From assembly GCF_009914755.1 (NCBI RefSeq), contig NC_060933.1: a stretch of DNA of 64,000 bases. One strand, written 5' to 3'. The position numbers and the translations under genes were made by a program. The stretch is from the human T2T-CHM13v2.0 reference genome, Homo sapiens. Below the pieces are notes generated by a model, which had not been told where the DNA came from, made no database searches, and saw only the letters and a program-made list of their open reading frames with translations. Shown in pieces: positions 16,404-31,600 of the stretch (positions within the stretch are counted from its first letter, which is position 1; every line of letters begins with the position of its first letter).

Positions 16404-18112
16404 TAGAATTTTACTTTTTAGAAACTTTATCTCTTTTGCAAAAAACTTTATTACAGTGTGATTTCTGCTATGGCATCATACAGCTTTTTTCTTTAAACTT
16501 GATCAAATTATCTTTCCTAAAGAATCTCTAATCCTAGTGTTCCTTCTAACTCTTGTGAACTAAACTGCAAGATGGCATCATGGTTTCTCTCTCATGTGTC
16601 TCACTTCCACTTCACTATTTTATGCTTGTATGTCAGAATTAATTCCAAAGGAGTAGTTCTTTTCATTATTTCTTCCACTTAATGAAAGATGGAATGTTTC
16701 ATATGCTAGTGACTACACTTTTCTAGGGAAGAATTTTAGTTGGTTTCTTGATAGTTGGAGATGCATGTTGTTGGACCACTACTTTGCCACTTTTTGCAAA
16801 GTATTAAGAAAGCATTCATTCTTTTACCATATTGATTGAATCATACCATATACCAGGGACCAAATGTGGCCTTGAGGATATGTGACAAAGAAATTAGACA
16901 CAATCCCCGTTCTTAGAAACTTTACAGTTCAGTTGAATGTTAAGTAATATCCTTATCCAGTATACTTCCACAATAAAATTCCTGCTCAGTTTTACCCCTA
17001 CCCAAATGCTTCAACCTCGTTTCTGTCCTAAGGTTAATTGACCATACAAGTCAATGTAGTAGTATTTTCTGAAAGTATTTAAGCTTTTTATTGTGAAATA
17101 TAATTTACGTATTCTAAAAAATGCCTAAAATATAAATATACACCTAAATAAATTATTATACTGTGAACACTCATGTATCACTACTCAGATCAAGAAATAG
17201 TTGCTGGTATCCTAGAAGCCCATAGCCTCTTCCCAATTACAACCACCTTTTCCCCTGCAAAAAGAATCACTATCTTGATTTATATGGTAAATACTTTGTA
17301 CCTTTTCTGTATAATTTTACTGCCAAAGTGTGTCCTTAAGACTGTAGTTTAATTTAGCCTATTTTTGAACATTATATAAATTGAATTAAACAAGATATCT
17401 TTTGTGTCTGGCTTGTCATTTACCTGTGTTTTTGCCTATAACAATAGTTCATCCATTTTCATTGCTGTATATATTCTATTTAATGAACATACCATAGTGT
17501 TTCCATTCTGTGGATGGACATTTGAGTTGTTCAGTTTATATTATAAATGCTGTTAACATTCTTGTATATTTTTACACATGTGCACATATTTCTGTTGAGT
17601 ATATTCCTAGGACAGGAATTGTTGGTTCCTTCAGCATACTTACTTTCAACTTTAGTAAGTAATGCCAAGCTATTTTCCAAAACAGTAATGTTAATTTTAC
17701 ATTCCTTCCAGCAGTGAGTACAATCCTGTGGGCACCACATCCTTACCAATACCAATATTTAGTATTGTCAGACTTTAATTTTAGCTGTTCTGGTGGGTAA
17801 GTTAATTGTGGTTTTAATTTACATTTACCTGATTATTCATGAGATTAATTTTTCATGTGTTTATGAGACATGCCCATTTAGAGTTCTTGCCTAAGTTTCT
17901 GTGGGTTGTTTGTATTTTTTTATATTGATTTGTAAGACTTCTTCATATGTTTTGCCTATGACCCCTTTATCAGTTATATGTGTTGCAGATATCTTCTGCC
18001 ACTCAGTGGTTTACTTTTTCACTGTCTTAGTGGTGTTTCTTGATGACTAGAAGCTCATTTAATTTAAAGGTTATCAATCTTATAGTTAGTGATTTTGTGC
18101 CGTGTTTACTTT

Positions 18113-18210
18113 TATTTTTATTTTTTAGAGACGGGGTCTCCTTTTGTTACCCAGGCTGGAGTGCAGTGGCGCAATCATAGCTCACTGCTGTCTCAAACTC
18201 CTGGGCTCGA
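18113..18210 (-). mobile_element. Internally deleted Alu/FLAM fragment
   Basis: gagacggggtctc...cccaggctggagtgcagtggcgcaatcatagctcactg...tcaaactcctgggctc. Confidence 0.7.
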
Positions 18211-18727
18211 GAGTTGTGCCATGTTTAAGAAATCTTTCCTACCCAGGGTTACAAAGATATTCTTCTATTTAAAAGTGTTATTGTTTTGCCTTTCACATTT
18301 AAGTCTACAGTCCATCTGGTTGATTATTGTATATGGCGTGAAGTGGTATATCCAGCTTTATTTTTTTTTCATAAGGATACCCAAATTACTAGGCATAATG
18401 ATTTGAAAACTTCATTTTTTTTCCCATCATTGCTCTGTAGTGCTACTTTTGTCGTAAGTCAAGTGCATTTATGTTTGGGTTGTTTCTGGGCTGTTTCACT
18501 GTGTATTTGTCTTTTCTTGCACTAATGCCATACTCTCTTAATTACTATGGCTTTATAATGAGTTTTGATATCTAATAGAGGAAGTTCTCCTACTTCCTTC
18601 TTCACAAGTGATTTGGATAGTCTCAGCCCTGTGCATTTTCATATACATTTTAGAATCAGCTTATTAAGTTTCACCAAAACAAAACAAAGTATCAATTAAC
18701 CTTTTGCAAATTTATTTAATTTATTGA

Positions 18728-19244
<517 letters not shown>

Positions 19245-20071
19245 TGAATAAAAGTGACATCTTTGCAATATTGAATCCTCCAATCCATGACCATATTTTA
19301 TTGTTTTATCTTTTATATGAAGCTAGATTTAAATTGCTGGTGTTTCTTTAGGATTTTAAAATCTTGTTTATAGTGCGTGAGACTAGTCTGAATTTTTCTT
19401 TATTCTTAATCTTCTTAAGTTTCGTTTCAAGGTTGTGCTATCATAAAGAGTTAGAGGATGGTCTTTTTCTGTGCCTTTGAAGAATTTGTGTAATTTCCTT
19501 TAAATATTTGGTAGAATTGGCCAGTAAAACTATCAGGCTGGGCTTTTTCTTTGTTTGTTTGTTTAGTTGGTTTTGGTTTTGTGTGGCGAGGAAGAGAGAC
19601 TTCAAAATATACATTTAATTTCTTTAATAATTATATGACTATTTTGGTTTCTGTTTGTCAGTTTGATAAGTTATAGTCTTCTAATAATTTATTTCATCTA
19701 AGTTTTCTAATTTATTGGCATACATTTTTTCAGAATATTTTATTTTTTAATTCTGCAAGATCAGTAGTAATGCCGTTTTTCATTTCTGATTTTGGTTATT
19801 TATGCCTTCTCTATTTTTTAAAATTATTTCTCAATGAGGTTTATCAATTTTATTAGTCTTCCCAAAAATCTAGTTTTGGCTTGGTTAATCTATTGTATTA
19901 TGTTTGTTTTTCTGTTTCATCAAATTTATTTTTACATTTTTATTATTTTCTCCTTTCTACTTTTTTTGCAATTGTTTTTACTATTTTCTAGTTTCTTGCA
20001 ATGGATTTTCAGTCTACTAATTTTCAACCTTTTTTCTTTTCTAATATATATATATGCAGTTACAGCTATAA

Positions 20072-20437
<366 letters not shown>

Positions 20438-21352
20438 CAGCATTTTTTATTTCTATTGTGATTTCTTTGACTTGTGGGTTATTTAGAAATATGTCTTTCT
20501 TCATTATTGGTCATGAAATGTTTATAGATATATTTTATTAATGATTTCAAGTTTAATTTTATTATGATCAGAGTATATGGTCTGTATGATATCAGTGTCA
20601 ATATTTTTGAAATTTGTCAAAACTTCCTTTAAGACTTAGTGTATAATCAATTTTTATAATTGTTCTCCATGTGTATTTGTGTGTTTTTGACATGTGTATT
20701 CTCACCTTGTTTGGTATAATGTTCTATATAATTTATATCTAGTTTGTGTTAAACTTATTGTTCAAATCCTCTATATTAACTTAACATCCTTTTGTCCATT
20801 TGTTCTGTTAATTACTTAAAGGTGTTAAAGCTTTCCCTTATGATTGTGGATTTGTTTCAATTTTTCTTTATAGTTCTTGTCCGGTTTTGCATTATATGTA
20901 TTGTGGGTATGTTATTAGGTGTACTTAACTTAGGTATTATTATATATTCCTGGTACAGATATTATAAAGTGATTCTCTTTATTTTTAGCAATGTTTTGGC
21001 TTTAAAGTCTGTTTTTTCTAATATTGCCGCAGCAGGTTTTCTTTGGAGAGGAGGTGTTAGGGTTAAAGTGGTTTATCTTTTTCATCTTCTTACATTGAAC
21101 CATTCTTTTCTTTATGTTTTAGATACAATCGCTTAAGTTTTTTAAAATTCAGTCTATAAATCTTTATCCTGTAACTGGAATATTTATTTCATTTTTATTT
21201 AATGTAATTATCGATATATTTAGGTTTAAATCTTTCACCTTATTGTGTGCTATTTCTTAAACATATTTTTTAAATCTCCATATTTACTTTCTTTTGTATT
21301 GATCTTGTTTTTTTTAATTTATCTAATTTTTTCCTTTCTAGTTTAGGAACTA

Positions 21353-21986
<634 letters not shown>

Positions 21987-23761
21987 TATATACTTTTACT
22001 AGAAATTACAACGTACATCTTTAACTTAGAAGTACAGATAATATCAGTTCCTTAGACTATTTTAGTTCCATGTATGCCCTGCAACTTAAATGCTACTTTT
22101 ATATAAATATTTCTAAACACCACAGACATTAGTATTATTGTTTTAGTAGAGTTACTGGTCATCTAGATTTACCCACTTTTTAGCATATTTTCATTTCTGT
22201 TCATTTCTTTTTGCATTTCCAACTTTTTATCTGGGATTAATTGTTATTTTTGAAGATCACCATTTAATATTTCTCTTACTGTGTGTTATTGACTGAAGGC
22301 AAATTCTCTCAGCTTTTGTTTGTCTAAAAATATTTTTATTTTACCTGTGGTCTTGAAAGATATTTTTGCAGCATATAGAACTTTAGGTTGATAGTAATTT
22401 GCTTTCTATACTTTGAATATTTTGTTCCATTGTCTTTAGGCTTTCGTTATTGCTGTTGAGAAGTCGTATTATAATCTTACTGTTTCTTTGCAAGAAACTC
22501 TTGTCTCTAGCTGCTTTTAGACATCTTTTCTCCTTCTTTTTCTCTCTTCTGGCTAGGTGTATTTTTCCTTTTATTTATTCTTCTCAGGATTTGTTGACCT
22601 TGAATTGTGGATGGATGTTTTTCTTCAATGTTTTGAAAATTCTCAGTCATTATCTATTCAAATTCATTTTCCGTCTTCTTCTGGAATTCTAAGTAAATGT
22701 ATATTGTACCCTTTTCTAACTATATCTTCTGTATTTCTTAACTTTTCTTCTATATTTTTTACTTTCCTTGTTTCTTTTTTACATAGTTTCTTCAGATCTG
22801 TTTTCCAATTTATATCTTTCTTGAACTGGGCCTAATATGAAGCTAAACTCAATTATTAAATTCTTGTGGACATTATTTTAAAATTATAGAATATTCATTA
22901 AAAAACCTATATGTTGCTTTTTATAGTTTCCAATTGTCTGCTAAATTTTCAAGCTTTATTTTTATGCCTTTGAACAAAATAACTATAGTTTTGTAGACTA
23001 CATTTGCTCATTCCCTCATTACATGTCCTTTTGGATGTTTCTGTTGCCTGTTGTTTTTGCTGTTTCTTCCTCATGCTGCATATGTCCTCATGTGCTTGGT
23101 AATCTTTGATTGGTGGACATTGTATTTGAAACATTATTTATAGAAATTATTTGAAGCTAGGGATGATGTTATCTTCCTCCAGATATTTTCATTTGCTCTT
23201 CTAAGCCGCTGGGGGCACTAACTTTCCAAGATTATCTTTATCCAATTTTAGAGCTTAAGGTTTTCTGTGAGCTACTCGAGACTGGAGGCCAGTCTGTAGT
23301 TCATGCAAGGGCTGCTTTATTTTAGGATTACCTGTGTTCCTAGGGTGGAGCTCTGACGATCCCAGCCAAAAGTACCAGAGTCCTTATACTTAGCAGGTCT
23401 TGGCATTGAAATTTTAATCCAAGCTTTGTGAGTTTATATTCTGGTATGCAAATACTCCCAAAGCAAATGTGGCCCTGAGTTCAGGACTCACCTCTCTAGA
23501 TTTCCATCTTTGCCCAATTCTTGTCCTATAGTTACTTACTATCTTGTTTGCTTTATGGTACTTTTCAAGTTTTTTTTTTTTTTCCTATTGGTTTGTTTTG
23601 TGATTTGATTTTTGTTCAACTTTTGAAGTAGCCATTAGTGGGAAGGTTAGTCTGAATCACCTAGCCTGCTGTTTTCAGAAGCAGAAACACCTGACTTTAT
23701 GTTCTTCATATATGGTTTTACCATCCTGTTCCCTCTATTTGATTTTAGAGAGATTCCCTAG

Positions 23762-24078
23762 TTGCCCTATCTAATGTAGTAGCTCCTAACTACATGTGAC
23801 TGTTGAGCACTTAAAATGTAGCCAGTTTGAACTGAGATGTGCTGTGAATGTAAAATATATACCAGATTTCTAAGACTTACTACAAATAAAACAATTTAAA
23901 AGATTTTAAGTTTTATAATTGCATATTAAAATAGTATTTTAGCTATATTAGGTTAAATAAAATATTATTAAAATTAATTTCCCTTGTTTTTACTTTTTTA
24001 ATGTAATTTAAAAAATTTTTAAATTACATATGTGGCTTGTGTGTGTGATTTGCATTATGTTTGTGTTGGATGGTGTTT
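23762..24078. mobile_element. MER33 (hAT-Charlie MITE)
   Basis: ctacatgtgactgttgagcacttaaaatgtagccag...gagatgtgctgtgaatgtaaaatat...aaattacatatgtggct matches the recalled consensus. Confidence 0.75.
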
Positions 24079-24089
24079 GCTATGTAATA

Positions 24090-24320
24090 AAGTAGTTAGA
24101 ACACAAGATCTGTGGTCTGGATTTGATTCTTGCCTATACTATTTACTAGCAGTGTAATCCTGGGCTACTTTTTGAACTTCTTGCTTTAATTTTCTCTTCT
24201 ATAAAATGAGAATAATAGTAATATCCATTTCAAAGATATATTGTGAGGGGAAGATAAAAGACGTAAAGCTGTCAGCACAATCGATAACTTTAAGTGTTGA
24301 TTAAAATTTAGCCACTATTT
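24090..24320 (+). mobile_element. MIR
   Basis: Core motif ttttctcttctataaaatgagaataatagta. Confidence 0.65.
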
Positions 24321-25399
24321 ATGTTTTTGTTATCATTGTTGCTGTTATTATAGTATCAGATTTTATACTTCAGTGGGTTTTTTCTTTCTCTCCCTCAAAA
24401 TTTTCCACATTACTCATAGTAATAGAGTTCTTAGCTGGATACTGTAATTTGACTGGGGACAGACATATGTACAAATTACATAAGTGAGGAAGGTGTCACA
24501 AACAAATGCTCATTAAGTTTGGCTGTAGAAAATTTTTAATGCTTCTCCAAGATAATATTACCTAAAATATTTCTGTAGACTGGTAACTATATAACCAAGC
24601 TTTATAATTATGGTCCAGAAAGGAGTCACATAGCCAGGAAATGGTGGTGTGTTGGAAACAGTATTGTTCTGGGACTTGAGGCCTGGGCTGTAGTCCAAAT
24701 TCTGCCACTGTGTTTGTCTAGACTCCAGTTTCCTTATTGTAAAATTGTGAGGTTGTATTAGATGCTCACTTATGCCCCCTTTAAGGTTATATAATTTTAA
24801 CATATTAATACCTACATTTCACATATTTTGAATCTACAGTTTAATTATCCTTAGGTTTTTCAGCTCATATTAGAATGGTAAGAGACTGAAGATAAGGTTA
24901 CAGGAAGTATAGAGTCATGGTAAGATAGAGGCACAATTTTTTCACCCAGAAAAATCTTACAAGATGCTTTAGGTTGTAACTAAACTAGTTTTTTTTCTAG
25001 AATTGACTTTAATTTTACTACAGTAAAATGGAAACTTTGGATTGTATTATATTAAGATACTACATAGATAGACATTATTATTATAGTTTAGTGGAAAGAT
25101 TGCTGGCCCTATCGGAATATCTGGGTTTTAACCCCAGTTTTGCCACTAGATAACTTAAGTAAATCCTAAACAGGTTTTTTTTTGTTTGCTTTTTCCATAT
25201 GTAATAATTTGGACTGTAATAATGTAACACCTCACTCAGAGTATGCACTTGAAAAATTAATTCTTACTTAACTGGTCTGTCTACTGTGTAGGATTTGCAT
25301 TAATATTGTGAAAACACTTTAGGGGAAAATAATTTAAAATATATGAATAGACATATAACTTTTCTTACTTTGATTATTTTTGCAAATTTGTTCTATTTA

Positions 25400-25562
25400 A
25401 TCTTAAAGGGATTGTTTCTTTGTTTTCAAAGTATAGACCATTGAGAAAGAGGGAAAGCTCCCCAGTATATTTTATGAAGTTAGCACAACCTTAAACCTGT
25501 TAAAGCAAATTTAAACCTAGTAAAGATAGTATAAATACACAAACTGTGTACATGCACACATG

Positions 25563-25597
<35 letters not shown>

Positions 25598-26480
25598 CTA
25601 TGTGCTAAAGTTTCAAATAAAATACTAGCAAATGAATTCAGCATTGTATTTAAAAATTATATATATTGACTAGAAAGGCTTTATCCCAGGAATATAAAGA
25701 TGACTCTACACTACAAAATCTGTACATAATTCATTATAGCAACATATTAGAGGTAAATTTATGACTAAGCCAGTAGGTATTTCTCAAAAAGAAGGAAAAT
25801 CATTTGATAAAAATCTAACAACTTCATTCATAGGGAAGTGCAGAGTAAAGCAACAGTGAGATGACATGCAGGACTGGCAGCATGTGAAGAAATAGGCAAT
25901 CATACCTTGATGCTAGTGTGAAGTGTTACTGCTTTTTGGGAAAAAAACAACAATAGCTTCTGAAATAAAAATGCACATTATCATTTGAATATTCCTGTTT
26001 CTGGGAGTCTTTCCTACACAAAATAATATATTAATATTAGTGTATACTATAATGTTAATATATACTAATATAGTAAATTAGGACTTATATGCAGGGATAT
26101 TTGTTTCATAGTTTGTAATAACTAAAAATTAGGAACAACATGAATGTTGATCACCGAAGGAGTGACTGAGTAAATTATTCTACACTACACCGTGGAATAT
26201 AGTGTAACCATTGAGCAGGAGGGATAATATTGTTGAGTATGGAATGGCAAATTATAGATTACTGTGTATAATGTAATCCATTTTTTAATAAAAAGGGAGA
26301 AGCCTTATATATGTTAAATGTGTGCATGAGCCGTGAGAAATGTGTGGGAGTATTGAGTTAAGAGGGGGTGGGATAGGTGAAGTGAGAATATCATTTTTAT
26401 TTCATATGCTTCTGTAGTGTTTGATTTATTGTGAAGAGCATTTATTTTTGTATAACCACATTTAATGAAGGAAAAATGCT
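25400..26480 (+). mobile_element. Old L1M ORF2 / 3' fragments (sense)
   Basis: aaataaaatactagcaaatgaattcagc..., tttatcccaggaat..., aaatcatttgataaaat motifs. Confidence 0.65.
25566..25595 (+). repeat. (AC)15 microsatellite
   Basis: Read directly from the sequence. Confidence 0.95.
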
Positions 26481-26688
26481 AAATAAATTCAAAGTATGAG
26501 CATGTGGGTTCCAAAGATGCTGCATTTGGCCAGCCAGAGACATGGAAAATGTAAAAGTATTATGCTACACCTTCTATTGTGGAGATATTTGTTATAATTT
26601 CCATCCACAACTATTATAACATTACTTCTGAAAAGAAAGATATCTTATACTAAGAAATGGTGGCATTAATGATTTTTTTCTTTTATAG

Positions 26689-26914
26689 CAACTCCGATCC
26701 AATATCCGAGAAATTGAGAAACTTTGTTTGAAAGTCCGAAAGGATGACCTAGTACTTCTGAAGAGAATGATAGATCCTGTTAAAGAAGAAGCATCAGCAG
26801 CAACAGCAGAATTTCTCCAACTCCATTTGGAATCTGTAGAAGAACTTAAGAAGCAATTTAATGATGAAGAAACTTTGCTACAGCCTCCTTTGACCAGATC
26901 CATGACTGTTGGTG
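26689..26914 (+). CDS. STX17: Syntaxin-17 exon 4 (QLRSNIREIEKLCLKVRKDD...RSMTVG)
   Basis: tttttttcttttatag acceptor, 226 nt, GTG|gtaatg donor (phase 1). Overlaps ORF 26728..26931. Confidence 0.97.
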
Positions 26915-27832
26915 GTAATGTATTGTACTAAGTCTTATTCTCAGTCACAGTAGTGCAGTTAATTAAAGATCACCTCCTTGAGTAGATACTGAATTATCTA
27001 TAGGTCTTCAGAGACCATTCACTATCCCAATATGCTGAATCCTTGGACCCTGATCAGTGTTCCTGGAAATGTGTACCCTGGATATTTTGCAGAATAAAAA
27101 ATTTGAGGCTATGCTTATGGAGTGGGACTTCAGGGAAAGTACCCGTTTGTCTATTTATTGAAGAGAAATTTAAATATATTTCCTAAGGATAATGTCATTC
27201 TTGTCTGCAAAGTACTCTTTACTCCTTTCCAGGTGCAGGGGTGACCTCTTCAGGCATGCTTTTTTTTCTTAAGCATTCTGATTTTCAGAGGGGATGTTAG
27301 ATCTATCTTTCAGCCAAGTTCTCTGAATAACTGACAACATTAAGTAATCTACAATGGGAGTTAAGCCATCATCTTCTGTGAAGTGATACTCTAAGAAACA
27401 GCCCTGTGAAATTTGTCATTACATCTCTTCTAAGGATGTAATTGATAATTGCTGATCACATTATAATAATGTCTTTAATTCTGAAAATATTCTTGGCTTA
27501 ATACATAGTAGTACTTCAAAGTAGTTGGTCTTTTTTTTTAAAATCTTTTGGGTATTCAATGGAATAACTGATAAGGTTTTCCTACTTAAATTGTTTACTA
27601 GAAAGCTTAGAGCCAAAATTTTTAGCCACCAAAAGTCAGATTTTTAAACCTATCCTAGCTTTGTTTTATAACTACTGCCCTTGTTTTCTTTTTTTGTTTC
27701 AGTGTTTCTCTTTTATTAGTAACTTGTCTCATCTTGTTATATTTTATAAATTATTCTAAGCTACCTTTAATCCTTACGGAAAAGGTGGAGTATAAGTAAG
27801 TTACAAATTAGAATAGAATCTTAGAGATGTTA

Positions 27833-28693
27833 CAAAAAGTGGGCGAAGAGCATGAACAGACACTTCTCAAAAGAAGACATTTATGCAGCCAAAAAACACA
27901 TGAAAAAATGCTCACCATCACTGGCCATCAGAGAAATGCAAATCAAAACCACAGTGAGATACCATCTCACACCAGTTAGAATGGCGATCATTAAAAAGTC
28001 AGGAAACAACAGGTGCTGGAGAGGATGTGGAGAAATAAGAACACTTTTACACTGTTGGTGGGACTGTAAACTAGTTCAACCATTGTGGAAGTCAGTGTGG
28101 CGATTCCTCAAGGATCTAGAACTAGAAATATCATTTGACCCAGCCATCCCATTACTGGGTATATACCCAAAGGACTATAAATCATGCTGCTATAAAGACA
28201 CATGCACACGTATGTTTATTGTGGCAGTATTCACAATAGCAAAGACTTGGAACCAACCCAAATGTCCAACAATGATCGACTGGATTAGGAAAATGTGGCA
28301 CATATACACCATGGAATACTATGCAGCCATAAAAAATGATGAGTTCATGTCCTTTGTAGGGACATGGATGAAATTGGAAATCATCATTCTCAGTAAACTA
28401 TCGCAAGGACAAAAAACCAAACACTGCATGTTCTCACTCATAGGTGGGAATTGAACAATGAGAACACATGGACACAGGAAGGGGAACATCACACTTGGGA
28501 CTGTTGTGGGGTAGGGGGAGGGGGGAGGGATAGCATTAGGAGATATACCTAAGCTAAATGATGAGTTAATGGGTGCAGCACACCAGCATGGCACATGTAT
28601 ACATATGTAACTAACCTGCACATTGTGCACATGTACCCTAGAACTTAAAGTATAATAACAATAAAATAAAAATAAGAATAAAAATAAAAAAAA
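27833..28693 (+). mobile_element. 5'-truncated primate LINE-1 (L1PA2/L1PA3-like): ORF2 C-terminus, 3' UTR and A-rich tail
   Basis: ORF 27852..28454 is the L1 ORF2p C-terminus ([15 protein letters not shown]; ends SLIGGN). G-rich L1 3' UTR. TSD agagatgttaca (27823-27834) / agaaatgttaca (28694-28705). Confidence 0.95.
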
Positions 28694-31600
28694 AGAAATG
28701 TTACATCTGCCCATTTTTTCTTTTTTTATTTACTCAGGGCACTCCTGCATCACTATCTCCAAAGCCAGATTATTTTTAATTTTATATTTTCAGTGCTAAT
28801 GATCCAGTAATTTACAGAGAGATTAAAAAAAGCTTTTGGAAGAAACATTTAGGCCACTAGTCAGAGTTTCTGGGTAATCTTGCTTTTGTTGTAGCCTTAG
28901 TACCTAGCACAATGCTTGGCACATAATGGACCTAAATGTTTTATAAACATAAATACATAAATATCTTTTTAGAGACAATTTTGTAATTTCACATGCACTG
29001 TAACCACCTCACTCTGTGGATAACCAGTACTGTAAATGTTTTTGAGAGAAGGAGATGCTAGCACTCAATCCTTGGTTGAAAAGTATTTGGGAAGAATGCT
29101 TTTTGATAGTTTGTAATTACCGTTTCATTATTCTGTTCATCTATAGTTATTGCTGCCATATTGGTGAGGTTGAAGGCCGTTTTTATCACTTAGTGCAAAC
29201 TGATGCTTTATGTGCACATGTGGAGTAACTGAGTTTTATAGTTGCATGTGATTAAGGGCTCATCTTATGTACCCAGACATTGTGATAGTTGTGATGGTAA
29301 TAATAACTGTGAGGATAACCTGGATTTTCTGGAAAGAGTAACTAACATCAATCTTTTTGCTACTTAGCTTTGAATTGCCTATCTCTAGCAATTCCCCTAT
29401 CAAACAAAAATTTGGAGTTCATCTGAGAGTTTTCTCACAGTATTTTAATATCCTAATACTTGCTTTAATTTGCATTTTATTATTGCATTATTTGTTTTAC
29501 TGCCAGTAGAACTGTTCGGGATCAACAACTTTGGGCTTATATGTCATCAGAGAAATTGGGTGATTATTATTAATAGAAAAAGGCAGTTTACCCAGTTTGC
29601 TGGCAATTAACTTTCTCCATAGGAAGCTGATTGGTATATAAAAAAAAACTTCGGCAGATTTTGAAGAAGTATGTGCATAAAGGAAATGAAAAAATTGGAG
29701 CAGAGCCAGAGAATGAGGGAGAAGAAATAGCAGGTGAAATTCACTTCCCAATTCTCTTGATTCTCAAACTTCTCAATTCACCAAATGGGCTATTAAAGAC
29801 CTAATTACTAGGAGAAAACTAAAAAATTAAATCTCTATAACTAGTATTGATTTGGTTGAGACAGTCATTCTATTAATAAAATCAATACCTAGGTTATACC
29901 TAAAATAGTGTATAGAATTTCAAATTCAATAGTCTGCTTGTCATAGTGTGCTTTCACTATTAATCCACTGCCAACATAAAGCAATTAAAAAACTACTGTC
30001 TCACCAAGTGCCTGAGTATTTCGCCAAGTGTGAGAGTTTCTGCTATATTGCCTCAAGTCCAGAAATATTATTAATAAATAAGAGAATGGAAAAGGAAATG
30101 AATAATGAAAGGAAAGCAAGTAACTAATTTACATAAGACTTTAATAGTGGGGTAGGAATTGAGTTTGCTCCATATTTGGTCTTCTAGCTGTAGACTGTTT
30201 TTGTCATTCTACATGTTTTTATTCTATGCTCTCCAGTTTTTCCTTATTTTTGCTTTAGATACTTATTATAGTAGCAACAGCCTATATGGAAAATCTGTTT
30301 TATTGCATAGAAGTTAAGTGCCTTAAAATACTTTTTACTTTACAAATTCAATCTGATTCTAAATAAATTGGTTGGAAACATCAGCAGAGATTCAGAAGCA
30401 ATGTTGCCACATTTCCATGAGTAAGATCAAAAATACAAAAATAGTTTTTCATTTACAGATAGAAATAACAAGTAGAATAGGATGTTTTATATTCTCTGGA
30501 GAATGAAAGAAGCTTATTAAGTTTAGGGAGAAGCTGTGATGATTTTGCTGTTTCTTTTGTCCAGATTCCGAGAGTTCCTAAAGCAAATCTTCTCTGCCAA
30601 TCTTCTTGATCTGAGAAACTCCCTTCTGTCTCACTTGTGTGTCTGGTTTCATTTTTAGCATATTGCTTTCCACCAAGTGAAGTGAGGAGCCTCCAAATCT
30701 GATTTGTATTTAGAAAGGTGATTCAAGTCATACAGAGTGAATCAGTGCTTCTCTCCATTTTTGTCTTTCTTTACTCTCAGGACACACACTTCAGTAACAC
30801 AAAAGGAACAGAATCTTATTACATTTTAAACAAATACTCACAAAAGAAAAGAATATAATCTTAAAACTGCTGGGAACTTCAGACCAGCGTATTGAATTTG
30901 ATGAAATTTAGATTTTTATCACAGGTATATACATGTACTGAACAGTTTTATGAAACATGTAGATGGTTTGTATTATATGATTCAGAAGATGTATTTTCTA
31001 TTGGTTTTAATTTTTTTTAAGTCTTCATTTGCAGCTAAGTTAAGCCATGCTTAGAAGTAATTTTATTTTGATAGGCTTATGTAGATGATCAGTAAATTAA
31101 TTTCACTATTTTTAAACTATCAGAACTGGAAAACATTTCAGCAATGCTTTTGAATTAATTTAGATTTATAATAAAACTTTTTCTTATGTGGTAAAGGTTA
31201 GTGGAAATTTTTTATATACTATAATTCTTGGTAAAATCATTGCTGTTCATAAAGTATGGAGAAAGAGGGAGAGAGTACTTGGATATATATAAAAGGGAAA
31301 AGTCTTAGGTTATTTCGTTTATTTCTCACTTCAACTAAACCAACAATAAGGTTTTAAAACCAATCCTGGGGTTTAAAAAACAGTGGTGAGTGATAGGTCC
31401 TATGTTCTACTTGCCCTTTATGCTTCTGGTTTGTGTGTGGGTGGGAGTACCTGAGATGATTATGTTACATGAAACAGTTGCAATTTTTTACTTCTGTAGG
31501 CAGATCTAAAGTTCTTCAGCTTTCTTTCCTGAAACTATAATCTATCTCAGCGTTTTGCCTTATCATGTCCATAGCAGTTCGTAAAAGTTCAAAGGATCGT

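Noticed and set aside
27852-28454. 200-aa ORF, the longest in the window
   Set aside because: It is the C-terminus of L1 ORF2p in a 5'-truncated copy with no promoter, endonuclease or RT domain. Not a new gene.
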